Shown in pieces: positions 12,433-25,481 of a stretch of DNA of 64,000 bases; position 1 is the first letter of the stretch; every line of letters begins with the position of its first letter. The notes under the pieces are model-generated. The model saw only the letters and a program-made list of their open reading frames with translations. It did not search any database and was not told where the DNA came from. The DNA is from Moniliella sp. 'wahieum' (Eukaryota), in the NCBI GenBank assembly GCA_003971905.1, contig RSEE01000027.1, positions 310,001-374,000 of the forward strand, read 5' to 3'. The position numbers were made by a program, and so were the translations under genes.

Positions 12433-13203
12433 AACATCGATGGCGCCACACGTTTTGAAACGATCAACGCTGCTGGCTGCGGCCGAGAGGCGTGGGTGGG
12501 GCATATGGCATGTGACATGTGACATGTGATGTGGAGTGCGTGATGGAGAAGGTGGGACGGGGGCAGTGAGCAGGGACCGGTGAGCTGTGAGCGCGTGAGC
12601 TGCACTAGGTACTGGGCACTAGGTACTGGCCACGTGCTGGCCGAGTGCCTGGCCTCTTCTTGGCATCGCCAGACAGACGGGGGCTGGGTGTGGCTGGTGT
12701 GGCCTGGTGCGGCCGGAACCGATGCCGGTGCATGAAAGGGCGGTGAGGCGAGGATCACACACCACGTGGCGTGTGACGCGTGACAGTGACATGCGGCACG
12801 GCCGCCAGGCTCCTGTGCCGGTGTCGGCGTGTCAAATGCCTTACCCCCCGCGCGTGCCACCCAAGTCCGACGAGGGCGGCAGCGGGGCGGCAGCGGGCGG
12901 CAGAGCGCGGCAACGCGCAGCCACGACGGGGCAGCCCCCCAGGCACACTGCCCAGGTGCGCCGCCCGGCCGCAAGGCAGCGCACGTATAGACGGCATGCG
13001 GTGATGCATGCATGATGCCCCTGGTCGGCTGGACGCATCCCAACGTCCCACTGCCCCCGTGCCGGCCGTGGCTCAGCCTCCAGCCCATGCGACTCAGGAT
13101 GCAGGGCTGGGCCTGGCCAGCCTCGCCTCTGCCTCCTTCTCTTATACTGCCCACCCATTCGCACCACCGGGCAGACATCCACCACCCCCCCCATCGCCAA
13201 CGC

Positions 13204-15243
13204 ATGCCTCCTCCGCCCCGCTTTGTCCCCCACGACACCTCCGCCGCTGCCCCCCGCGGCAACCTGCCGCCCCCACGACAGCCCGGCGCCCCCGCAGCTT
13301 CCGTATCCAACAGCAGCCGCGACTTCCCCCCAGCCCTTCTTTGTACAGCGCCCGCACAGCCGGTACCGAAGCATCCCTTTCTACGCCCACCGCCTCTGTC
13401 GCTGCTGGCAACGCAGCCGCGTGGGACACGCGACCTGAGCCTGATGACTACCTCCACGACCCTCATAGCAAGGATTCGGGCGGCGGCATGGACTTGCGTG
13501 GCTTCTTTAACGTGTTCATTGTCCTACTCATCGTCGTCGGCCTGCTGATGCTCTTTGCCGGCTACCCCCTGCTGGACCACTACCTCAGCCACCCTTCCAT
13601 CGCATGCAGCTCAACGCGTCTGGTCAGATTGGCTCCCTCCCTGTACGCCAGCTCATCGATCCTGATACGCCCTCTTCTGCCAACAGCTGGACAAGCCAGT
13701 CGGGAAGCAAGTACTCTCTCGTCTTTTCCGACGAATTCAACCAACCCGGCCGCACCTTCTTCCGGGTGACGACCCTTTTTGGGAGGCGGTCGACATTTAC
13801 TATGGCGCTACCGTCGACTATGAGTGGTACGCCCCCGACGCGATCAACACCACCGATGACGGCGTACTGCAGATCACCATGACCGAAAAGGAAACCCACA
13901 ACCTCAACTTTCAATCAGGGATGCTCCAGAGCTGGAACAAACTTTGCTTCCAAGGTGGCTACCTCGAGATGTCCGTCAAACTGCCAGGCACCCAAGAAAC
14001 CCGTGGCTTTTGGCCTGGTTCTGGACGATGGGCAACCTGGGTCGGCCAGGTTACCTGGGCTCCACCGATGGAATGTGGCCGTGAGTTAGCTTTTTTTTTT
14101 CCCCTTATTCCATCCATCCGTGCATGGGACGTGTTTTTATTGAGCCAAAATAATGGCGGGCTAACGCACTCTCTCTCTGATGCCAGGTATTCCTACGCGG
14201 CCTGCGACTGGGGTACCTTGCCCAACCAGACCAATCCCGCAGGGGATGGCCCAGCCAAGGTCCTCCACGCAAATGGACCCTACTCTAAGCAGTACAAAGG
14301 CCGTCTCTCCTACCTCCCTGGCCAACGAACTTCGGCGTGCACTTGTCCGGGTGAAGACCCCGGGCCAGACGTGACGGTCGGACGCTCTGCTCCCGAGATT
14401 GATATTGTTGAGGCGCAAAATTCCAACAAGATAGGCAAGGCGAGTCAAAGTTTGCAGGTATGTTTTACCCTTCTCTTTTGGTGGGAGCATGCGTCCTCAT
14501 GTTGGAACTGATTGGGAGATGCTGGCGGCGACGCTCTGATGATGAGAAACAGGTTACTAACCAACTGATGGTGGTGGACCACAACAGGTTGCCCCGTATG
14601 ACACGGATTACTGGTGGCACAATGCGAGTGCCAAGTTTTGGGGCGACGCCGAGCCCAATTCGTATACAGGCTCGGTGTACCAGGAAGCTGTGTCAGGTGT
14701 TTCTACCATCCCTTCCACGGCGTACATTGATGCCGAAGGCTCCCAATTTACCACCTTTGGCATCGAAGTCATTCCCGACTTTTCTCTCAATGGCCAGGGA
14801 AGCATCACCTGGTACATGGCCGACAAACCTACGTGGCAAGCCCCCTCGGCTGCCGTACCCGCTGATCACACCGTTAACATTTCTCAGCGGATCATCCCGG
14901 TGGAACCAATGTCGATCGTGATGAACCTTGGTACGCCCCTCTTACCTCACCTTTTCTTCAGGGGAAAAGCAACTGTTGCTAACACAGAAAAAATACAGGT
15001 ATCTCTGCAGGCTTCCAGGCGGTCCACTTTGACGAGATCACGTTCCCCGCCAGGATGCAAATCGACTATGTTCGCCTGTATCAGCCGGCCGGCCAGAAAC
15101 CCAAGTTGAGCTGCGACCCAGCGGACCATCCGACCGCCAAGTACATCCAAGACCACATCGATGTCTACATGAACCCCAACCACTCTGTGTACCCGAGGGA
15201 TCAATATGGCTGGCCCAAAAATCGCTTGTTGGAGACGTGTTGA
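13204..15243 (+). CDS. KRE6: Kre6/Skn1 GH16 beta-1,6-glucan synthesis-associated protein
   Basis: EPDDYLHDP, TM segment (FNVFIVLLIVVGLLMLFAGYP), LIDPDTP, LVFSDEFN, SGMLQSWNKLCFQGG, GRSAPEIDIVEA (GH16 EIDxxE) and MQIDYVRLYQP...GWPKNRL. Introns near 14081-14187, 14458-14587 and 14931-14998. Start is inferred. Confidence 0.93.
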
Positions 15244-15651
15244 CGATGATAATGTCCTTTTTCTTTTCTCTGTTGGTTTGGTCGTAACGCGCACGTGTTG
15301 CCAAGGCTGCTGTTTTGCCTCTCTTTTTTCTATCCATTGCCCTTCTCTTTGCTGTCACTGCTGCTCTTTTTTGTGTTCGTGCTGCCCCCCCCCCCCCCCC
15401 TCCCTTGCGATGTGCTCCCTCTGTCACCACCCTCACACTCGTTCCCGCTGTACGCTGTATGATTGATTGGCTCGTCCCAAATCTCTTCTCGAACCGCTTA
15501 ATATAGAGCAGCGTAGTTTGCGCAGTTGGGGTACATTCTCTCTTACTAGCATCTGATTAAGTTAGCACCCTGCTGAGTCTTCCGACGCTGGTGGGTCCGA
15601 AGCACCACGGGCGTCTCCAGACCGTCTGGTAGGCTGGGGGGGGGGTACGCT

Positions 15652-16517
15652 CTAGGGCTTGTCGGATACCGTCCTCTCCTCGGGAGCAAGGTACTTGATC
15701 ACCTTGGCCGGCACGCCGACTGCCACTGCAAACGAAGGAATGTCGGACGTGACCACGCTGCCTGCGCCGATCGTCACATTGTCCCCAATCGTCACGCCCG
15801 GCATGACGGTCGAGTTACCGCCGAGCCAGCAATCGCGCCCGATGGTGATGGGCAACGCACGTTCCGCTCCGCTGGCCCGCTCCACGGCGCTGATGCCGTG
15901 GGTGGCGGTGTAGAGGTGCACATTGGGTCCCAGGAGGGTGCCCGTACCAATCCGGATCTCGGCCACATCCACCAGGTGAGCGTTCCAGTTGGCATAAAAC
16001 GTGCCTTCGAGCTTGATGTTGCGGCCATAGTCAACGTACATGGGCGGCTCAAACTCCACCCCTTCGACTTGGGCCAGGGGAACGTTGAGAAGCTGGGCCA
16101 GCAGCGCCTTGCGCTCCCCGCCCATCACCGCTTGTCCGTCCTCGTGAGTCACCCCGCCCTGGCTACCGCCCACGCCGGCAGGCATCTGCCCGGGCGCCAG
16201 GTCCGGCACCGCCTCCACCGAATTGGGCACCGAGTGGTTGTACTTGTAATACAGGTGGCGCGCGATCAGCCGGTTGCGCACCATTTCGGGATCGTTGGCA
16301 AAGTACGTGAGCCCCACCTTGGACTGGAAGAACGCAGACGGGGGGGGGGGGGGGTCAGGTTAGCATGCTCAGCCGGTTGTCTGGCCGTCCGGAACGTAGA
16401 CGCACCCGCTCGGTTTGGCTCATCTGGGCCAGCTGCTCGGGGTGTGTAGCTGGCCTCGATCTCGGCGAAGCGTTCGGTGGTCGACTTGCGCGTCATCGTG
16501 GTTGGTGCAGCGGCCAT
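15652..16517 (-). CDS. Maltose/galactoside O-acetyltransferase (LacA/Maa, hexapeptide-repeat)
   Basis: EPPMYVDYGRNI, IGTGTLLGPNVHLYTATH, PITIGRDCWLGGNSTVMPGVTIG...GAGSVVT...AVGVPAKVIK. One 5' intron (GTGCGT...GCTAAC...CAG, about 16325-16405). Confidence 0.92.
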
Positions 16518-18809
16518 GGCGAGAGGTGCGACGGAGAGGTGAGACGGGGAGGAAGGTAAGATGGAAGACGGACGTCGGCCTAGCGACGGGATGATAAGCT
16601 CGGCTTTTAAATACGCGGGCCCCTGTGCGCGAATTGAGTCCATCCCACATCCGCTCCAACTCATCACTGGCCTCGGGGGCAGCCGGGCAGGGCGGGGCTA
16701 TGCATTTCTTGGCAGTGCGCACACCGACGTGGCCCTGAAGTTTGAAGCTTGCCCGCGGGCAAGTACGAGGTGGAGCCTGCTGGCTTCGATATGCGAGGCT
16801 GCCGACGTGGCCTGGCCACGTGGCACACCTGTTGGTCCAACTTCGGGCGACACTCCCTCCCGCATGGCACCACATGCATCACCTCTATTACCCACACCCG
16901 GTGCTACTCCGACACGTGACGTCGCGCATCACCATCGTCACGTGATGTAACGCCCCCCATCTTGGCCTGTTCGTGAACCTCCATTAGCCCCCCGTGTCCG
17001 CTAGCTAGTTGCCACCAGCACACCTTACCCTTCACGTGTCTGGGGGGGGAGAGGGACGGTTGGAAGTGATGCTGGGCATCAGTGCCACACCTCTCAGCAA
17101 CACAGTACCCAAACACTGTGCCCGAGGCGTGCACGCGTCGCTAGAAGGCATAATAAATCACAGAGCAACAAAGCGAATGGCATCACGCTGCCGCGGACGA
17201 GGGAGATGAAAGGATCGTGTTGAGTATCGGACCACACATGGCTTGATACTCATTATTTGGTTTGATCCTAGTTTGGGTTGACCTGCTTGATGATCAAACC
17301 TACTTGGATGACCCCTCGCGGGTACAATGCTATCCTTCACCCACCCGCCCCCTTTTGCCTTGCCTAGACTCCGCTACACAACAGATCGTATTAGATTGAG
17401 CTAGTGGGGGAAGTGCCTGAAGCAGTCGTCATGGAACTGGTTATATGGTTCAAAAACACATTCGACGCGCAGTGTAGCGGGGGGGGCGGAGGGTCCACAT
17501 GTGCTGGAAAGTGACTTTTGGTGCGTCTTTCCTCGAGGTTACATTACTCTCTTCCTTCCCCCTTTTGCTCATTGCTCGTATTCCATGGTAGATGAAAGCC
17601 ATCATGAACAGGTTGCGTATGCACCGGAACAAGCATGACTAATAGCGTGCCTGTAGTCCGTGGTTCTGAAGGGTCGGCAGGAAGGTTGACACAGGCAAAG
17701 AAAAAGACAGAATAGGAAAGGTCCTGTCTGACAGAACAACTCAACTCTCTTAGGATCGCCGCAGGATCCGGTCAGAGGAGCCTGAGAGCTGGAGGTAGAT
17801 GGCAATGGATGCTCGATCGAAAGGATATACGGAAAGACCAAGACACGATGGCCGCTGGAAGCAGGTCTCTGAGGAACTGCTGGTGAAGTAAGAGACTATC
17901 ACGGGAGCTGTCTGGGGGGACAACGATGGATTGGCACAGGATGTTGCACAACACCGAAAGAAGAGGAAGAGGCGAAATGTGGACTTCGAAGACGAAGTAG
18001 GCGAAGGAAAAGACCAACGAAAAAGGACGAAATGACCTACTAAGAATAAGAACAATAGAAATGAACATATGGATCAAGCTGATGAATTAAGGAGGGTCTG
18101 TTGGGAACCGCGGTCCCGTACATAGGCCAAGGCGCCTCATCACTCTTCGCCCCTGATTTGACCTCCGAAGCCTCCATGTGTATACTCAGGTTTGTTTGAA
18201 CCCCTGTCTCCTCTAGGTGTAGCATAAAAGGCTTAGATCTGAACCACCACCATCGCGATTGCACTGCTCTACATTCCCAGAGGTTCTTCGCCCAACCCCT
18301 TGGGTTCCTCCGGTATTACAGGGTCATACGGGCAGGATCTAAAAGTATGGAGAACACAACGAAGAAAGGGGAAAGGAAACGAGAACAGTGGGTCCCAGAA
18401 AGGAACACAAACTAAACACCAGGGAAACGTTCCTAAACTCACAGCCAACAGGAAAGTGAACTGTTGCCAAAAATGCTACTGATAGGAGCTTCTGCGCACC
18501 ACGGTCCTGCCCCACCTATATGATCGGCTCCCCATTGGAAAATAGGCGGTAGCACTACTCTATAGGCAGCCTGGCCGGTGGTGGTCACAACGCATCTGTG
18601 CCTTATCTTCGTCGGACTGAACCCACTCAACATCTGCAACCCCCAACTGCCACTATGATGCCGGCAGTGATGCATGATGACATGTGACATGCAACACTTT
18701 TCTGACCACGATGATCTGTGACACGTGACGCGCGTGACGTGTGACCACATGTGGCAGAGACTGCTTCGCCCCAACCCAAGGTTCCAAGGCCTTGAGATCT
18801 TAAAGCCTG

Positions 18810-18853
18810 TAAGGCCTAAGGCCATAAGGCCTAAGGCCATAAGGCCTAAGGCC
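18810..18853. repeat. Tandem array of six TAAGGCC units (15-bp higher-order period)
   Basis: taaggcc-taaggcc-a-taaggcc-taaggcc-a-taaggcc-taaggcc read directly. Confidence 0.95.
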
Positions 18854-19975
18854 GCCCCAATGTGGGGAAACGCGTATGAACGAAGGGGGACTATATACTA
18901 CCAGTGGCACAGATACATGTGGGGTAAACAGCGGTTACCGGTTAGTAAACCGGGCCGGTAACAAAACGGATTTGGATCTGTTGGCGATATTGCTCTGGCG
19001 AAGAAGAATTGTGAGGGTGAGATGGGGTGATAGGAGAGCCAACAAGAGTCGGGAAAACAGAAGGCGTATACTATAACCATGGTGTCTTCCTCTTAGTGAA
19101 CCGGTGTCTAGAGGGTTTCTGTTGTGAGAAACAAAGGATATACCAACCACATCCGTGTGCGCTGAGTATTAGTACGTACGCATAAAATATAGCTTCTGCG
19201 TCTAGACTCTCGCCAAGCACTCTGTACCTACTATCTGGACCACGCGTTACCCCACCCCCACCACACTCTTCCCCACAACTCAGCTTCCATATCTATGCGT
19301 CTCTTTTGTATGCATGTGAGATGTCGATGATAGCCCCAATTGCCGCAGTCGGCATTAATACAGTACGGAAAGTGCCCCCCTCCCCCAGCCGCTTTCTGTT
19401 GTACGCGGCAGCAACATTCTCCCTTGTACTACTTACTATATGCCCCACTCGCCATCGATTTTGGCTGCTGTGTGCCTTCGGCTCTGGCCTGGATACTAAA
19501 GGCGCTCAGGCGGCAGGAGGGCGGGGCCTCTGCGGGCTGAGCGAGGGCCCAAACATCCACACAACCAACATGTAGAGACAACAATCCGCCACCATTTCTC
19601 CCCAATCACAGCGATTACTGTACTGGTAACTCCATAATTGTATTTGGGCTTGTGGCTTGCTTGGCCCGCGAGACGGCCGTAGCTATAGCAATACTAAAAT
19701 GAGTTGACGGCGACGAGAGGCTTGAAGCTTGAAGCTTGACGCGTGACGGAATGACAACGCGGGGTAAAACTGGGATAACTGGTAAAAGCCGAACAAAAAG
19801 TCGGGTTTAAAGTGGACTGTCGCATTCCCCCGCCCTACCTTCTTATCCCCACACATGCGCCTCCATACGCACAATGCGCAGACTCGGTGACAACAGCAAA
19901 AGTCTCTGGGACAAACAGCAAATTGCCTCGGCTGCCCCTGGACGCTTTTGGAGGGCAGCCTGGTGTGTGGGTTAC

Positions 19976-19983
19976 TATAAAGG
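19976..19983 (+). promoter_or_regulatory. Putative TATA box of the ADH gene
   Basis: TATAAAGG about 95 bp upstream of the ATG at 20073, in GC-rich context. Confidence 0.55.
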
Positions 19984-20072
19984 ACACAAGACACATGCGG
20001 TGTGTGTTCCCTCAGTACGTCTCCGTTCAACGTTACACCCCACTCATTGCAACACACCGCCACTGCACAACC

Positions 20073-21261
20073 ATGTCTCTTCACGACCCGCGCGAGCACG
20101 ACTTGACTGTTCCCACCACCGCTACCCGCGCCATCTTCGACACTGTCGGGGGCCCGATCAAGTACGAGAAATACGACCCCTCGGCCATCCCGCTCAAGGA
20201 GGGGGAAGTGTCTCGTGCGCATCCTGTACACTGGCGTGTGCCATTCGTACGTCTCTTCCCTCGTTTTTGTGATGTCATTTCTTTTTCCCCTGGAGGCATA
20301 AGACACCACCAAAGTGATCCGTCTGCTGACCTTAAACACAGCGACTTGCATGCCAAGAAGGGCGACTGGCCTTTCCCTACGCGCTTGCAGACGACGGGCG
20401 AGCCGTTGGTGGGGGGACACGAAGGGACCGGCGTGGTTGTCAAGTTGACTCCGTCGGCGGAAGCGTGGGTCAACAAGGGCGACCGCGTGGGCATCAAGTG
20501 GATTGCGTCGGCGTGCCTTGATTGCGACTATTGTCGCGAAAGTTTCGAGACGAACTGTCCCAAGCAAGAAAACTCGGGGTACACGGTTGACGGTACCTTT
20601 CAGCAGTAGTCGTTGCTCCGGCCAAGTATGTTACTCCCATCCCTGCCGATGTGAGTATGATCGAAGCGGCCCCGATCTCTTGCTGGTGTCACGGTCTTCC
20701 GCGCATTGAAAGAAGCCCATCTGCAGGCTGGTAGATGGGTCGTGATCCCCGGTGCAGGCGGTGGACTGGGCCACCTGGCCGTCCAGTATGCCGTCGTGGC
20801 TGGCTACCGCGTCATTGCCATCGACACGGGGCAGAGAAAGAGGCGCTTGTCAAACGCTTGGGCGCCGAAGTCTGGATCGATTTCCTTCAATGCCAGGATA
20901 TGGTCGGCACCATCAAGGAGGCCACGGGCGGCATGGGCGCGCACGCGGCCGTCGGGGCTGGGGCGGAGCGAGCGTATACCCAGGCGTTGGAGTACCTCCG
21001 CCCGCGCGGAACGTTGGTTGTCATGGGGCTCCCTCCGGGCACGTTCATCAAGGCAAATGTGTTCTGGACGGTGGTGACATCCAACGGATTGTTGGATCGG
21101 CGGTGGGCAATCGACAGGACGCTATCGATGCTCTGCGCCTGATGAGCGCGGCAAGGTGAGGGTTCAGTACGAGCTCAAGGGCTTGTCGGACCTAAATGAG
21201 GTGTATGAAGCCATGGAGGCTGGGAAGTAGTGGGGCGGATTGTGCTGATGTGGACAAGTAG
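20073..21261 (+). CDS. Zinc-dependent alcohol dehydrogenase (MDR superfamily, ADH1-like)
   Basis: GVCH|SDLH split by an intron at about 20246-20341, [25 protein letters not shown]...NC (structural Zn), [11 protein letters not shown] and [14 protein letters not shown] (Rossmann fold). Several frameshifts. Confidence 0.93.
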
Positions 21262-23526
21262 GTGGGTGTATGCGAACGATCGATTTTGTCTTCTTTTTTT
21301 AATTGGCGTGTTATATCCATAGATCTGATGCACTATATAATGCTTTGCTGCTTCATCAGTGCGCACCTAGTATAATACATCGCACCCATACATTTATTTA
21401 CTTATCCAAGCGCCGAGAAGGTTATCTCATGCAGCTGTATGTGTGCCCATGCCGCTGGACCCGGCTCAGCTTTCACTGGCAAGAGGGCACCGTGATGAGT
21501 TTGGAGTCCGCAGATGGTCCTCGAGGGTGATGCAATCGCACTGATGGTGTGTGGACTAAGCTAGCCAGCAAAGCTTATATACAGACTAGGAACATCAAAC
21601 AGTGCGTCAGCACCAGGGGCTTAGCTGCGGAAAAAGGAAAACAAGAGAGAGAGCAAAAATAACGAAACTCCTAGGCCTGAGGAGGAAACTTGCTACTGTG
21701 AGTGCGACTTGGGAGCACTCGCGATATGGATCAGCTGCAAAGCAGCGCTCAGACAAGGCGTGAAGGCAAAGTGGTGAGGCACAAGTCTTCAAGCAACGTC
21801 TGACGGGAAGGAGAAAGGAGAAAGGGGGGGGGATGGAGCGAGCAGGGCGTGCGCGGCCTGGGAGCGGAACTCTTCCGCTCGGCTAAGCGAGCGTCACCCA
21901 TCCATTGAGGGCCGTGCAAGGGAGCCCTAGCACCAGCCTCTAAAAGAACTGAGGCCCTGAGGGAACTTTAGCCAACGCACGAGCCACCCGGTGGCTCGAA
22001 CATTTGCTCTTACTATTAAATCGTATACTCCTGTGCCCACGATAGCATCCTTTTCATGGCGAATAACGTTTTCACGCCAACAGTGTCAATTGTGGTTTAT
22101 GTCAATGACACTGCCGTGTCATGTGAATATGTGAATCACTTATTCTCTCAGATCTCACGATCTCAGATCTCACCACCAATAAAAGGAACACACCAACGGA
22201 AAACTGGAGTTCCATCCAGAAGGTATTATATTATTAGTGGTGCGAAGAGACACAGCCATGGCATAGGAACTTCAAGCTTCGAGCGGGGGTGCGCCTCCAT
22301 GGCTCATACACCTCCTTGGGCACACATGGGGGAAGTCGGGATGATAGAATGAAGGTCCATCCATCACACTCACTTGCAAAAGCATCGGCAGAAACAGCTA
22401 TATTCAGAGCTTTGCTTTTCAACCAAACACCTTTTTTCCCAGTCCCACACATGCCATGCCCTGTTTGCCCGGGCGGGGACCCTTGAATCAATAATCACAT
22501 CAATAATCGCCTGTGTGCAACATTCCCGATTCCAAGAAACTATATTGAGCCACCGGGGATGGTTAGTACTTTGGCCAACGTTCCTTCAGTTCTTCCACAG
22601 GCCTCAGGGAGGCCTCAGGCCTATAGGAGCTCAGTCCTGGGTTTTCTCTCTCCTGTTTTCCTTGTTCCGCAGCTTGGTCCGTGACGGTGGCGACTGGATC
22701 ATTGCATTGTCCGCTGGTGTCTACCGGGGATGTTGTTGCAAAACGTGAGGGTGGTATGATAATTTTGGCCTAGAGTACAGAGACTACGAGGCTGCTAGAC
22801 TGGAGCACACACACCGGCACAGATATAATTATAAGACCACACGTTCTGTCGTGTTGTGTTGGGTTAGGCCATATTGCGAGACGGGGGGTTAGCCCCATTT
22901 CCTTTTCCCACCTCTCGCCCTCGCCATTAGAGTGTGTAGTATCCTGTCTCTGACCCATGACCGCTGTTGCGCCTTCTCGTTTCTATAGCGTTACTCGTAT
23001 TAGTAACCGCCTGTCCGCGCGGAACCTCTCGTTATGATCGATGGACATCCCAAAAAGGGTACTTCTTTCCTTGATGTTGGAGCGTACATCAGTATAAACG
23101 GTCAGCGGGCAAGATGCTTGCGCACTGGAAGGATTTAACTACTGAATCTCAATGGAAATGGTTCCTCGCTCGAATGTCTACCACGTTCATCCGTGTCCAC
23201 ACGCGCTACCTCGGGTATGGGAACGGATAGCCGGCACCAGTGGGTCCTGATATCCTAGCGATTCTCCTCCTGTTTCCTTAACAGGGGTGTCGCTACCAAG
23301 CAACAGGCAATTAAGATGAACGGGTCGGTTTAGGAGTAGTGTTTCCCCGTCCCAGCCTTAAGGTCTGTCAATGAAAAGCACAGATACACAACAAGATTGA
23401 TATCCAGGGTACCATGATATTATATGCACTATAGGAGACTACTGGGCCTACGGCCGGGCTTGGGTGCTGTGGGCGACCGTACCACCACGGAAGTTTCAAG
23501 GGGCGAAGAGGGAAAAACAAAAGGGA

Positions 23527-23626
23527 TGTCGTGTCCCGGGATCGAACCGGGGACCTTGAGGAATCCAGAGGATCTTCTATTGAAGGGGACTTCAATCTCA
23601 CGCTCTCCCATCTGAGCTAACCCGAC
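23527..23626 (-). tRNA. tRNA-Phe(GAA) with a 27-nt intron
   Basis: Minus strand: GTCGGGT TA GCTC AGATGGGA GAGC G TGAGA TT-GAA-G [intron] T CCTCA AGGTC CCCGG TTCGATC CCGGG ACACGAC A. A T-run follows downstream. Confidence 0.9.
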
Positions 23627-25481
23627 AAGTCGTATTTGGTTGAGTCGGTTTAGAAGAAAGGGCTGTGGCCTACAGCAACGTGCATGTTACTTCTTCAGTC
23701 TAACATTCTGTTCCTTTTTCGTTTCAGAGGGTGTTGGCATCAAATGCCGATGGTTCTCGGAAGTCATATCAGCTGTCCATGCGACGGGTCACCTACACAT
23801 ACCCATCGCCTGTGCATATGACCCTGTTCAGATGTTCCTTAATCCTTTTGTGTCACTCAACTCCCTCTAGTTGCTCTCATGCGCGCGTTGAACGTTGATT
23901 TTTTCTCTCGTATGATTGATGATTGCTCCTCCTTTCCCTCTGAAGGCTTTTGTCCTTGCACGAGTCTTCGGCGCATGTGTGAACACGCAAGAAGGAATAT
24001 AGGAGCGGCCCCATCTGCCACTACAGGCCCCCGGTAACATCAAAGGTTCTCTTTCTCATCTTCGATCTTCGATCTCACGATCCCATCAACATGACTGTTG
24101 TGCCAGACGGCTGGCACTAGCCACACTTGTGTCTATATTCAGAGCACGGAGTGACGACTACTATAAACATTGAGAGTATACTGAGTATACGAGCATTGAG
24201 TACCGTATAGTGATATGGCCACACCGATCTGGTGTGCATATGAATATGGTGCGTCGATGAGATCGATGAGACGAGTCTTCCAAAAAACCCCGGTAACACG
24301 CTAACGCTAAAAACCCGGAGCGTCGGCAACACGGGCATTGCTAAACCGGTAACGCGGTAACGCGACGGAGGGCAACGAAGACCCTCCGCACCCTCACCCT
24401 TTTCGATGTGTGATTCGTGCATGCTTCTCTACCATTCACGCACGAGAGAAAGATGGAGAAGGACGATATGTGTTTTGGTCCCGGAGGCAGATCGGCGAGG
24501 GCAAGAGGCTCTGTGGGATTGCGTGTGGGACTGGGCAAATGTTGGCGTTGCATATAATGGGGATGCACTAGGATGCACTACGTAGCGAAGCCATGTCACA
24601 TGTGTCAGATCCCACATGTCGCACACACGCACATCACATGTCACACACTGCGATCCATGGCGCACGGCGCATGATGCATGATGCATGACGCGATGACGCG
24701 ATGACGTCCCATGGATCTTCCCCCGCCTCCCTCGGCTCGATGATGGATCGGACCGCATCAATTAGACTTGTGCAGCTTGAGGCCTGAGGCCCTGAGGCCT
24801 GAGGGAGGCATGCTGGCGTTCGGCAGGTTTCTGGTCCAGGCCGAGCGCGCCGGACGGCTGAGCTGAGTGTGTTGAGTCCGAGCTGCTGCGCTGCTGATCG
24901 ATCGGATTCGATGCTGGACGGATGGATCTGTGGATGGATGAATGGATGGATGGGTGATACCGATGATGCTGGCGGGTGACCGGAGTCCCAGACTGCACAG
25001 GCCTATTGCCGGGGGCTGCCAGAAGGCTGCCAGAGGGCTGCTAGGGGGCCGCCACTTGTGGCTTGCACTGGGGGCGCGGGGGCAGTGGGGCGGCGAGTCC
25101 ACGTGATGGATCCGCCTTTCTGTATGCAACGGAGTGGAGCTCTGTTCGGCGATCGGTGGGGCGGATGGTGCATGATGCGTGACGCCTGGGCCTCTGGGCG
25201 CATGCCTGTGTCTTATGTGCCCTCCCCCCGGCGCGCACCACACCAGAGGAGAAGAACGACGGGCATCCCAGCGCAGCCGCCTGGAGCGGCGAGCGCCTAT
25301 GGTCCCCCGGCCGAGGAAAGCCGTCCAACGCATGTATGTGTTTCTGTGAGTCTGACTCTCTTCTGCCGCGTGTGGGCGCCCCCTCTCGTTGCCTGTACGT
25401 GTCCTCTGCGTTCATAAATACCGTCTTCTCTTCCTTCTCCTGCTGCCTCCCCCCGCCAGCTCCTTCGCCTTTCCGACCACT

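Noticed and set aside
18810..18853. Short repeat arrays here and elsewhere as CRISPR-like
   Set aside because: The units are 7-15 bp tandem repeats with no unique spacers and no cas genes, and the DNA is eukaryotic.
22934..22943. GTGTAGTATC resembling the U2 snRNA branch-point recognition region
   Set aside because: The flanks lack the U2 stem I sequence (GCCTTTTGGCT..GATCAA) and the downstream conservation. A 10-nt match is compatible with chance.
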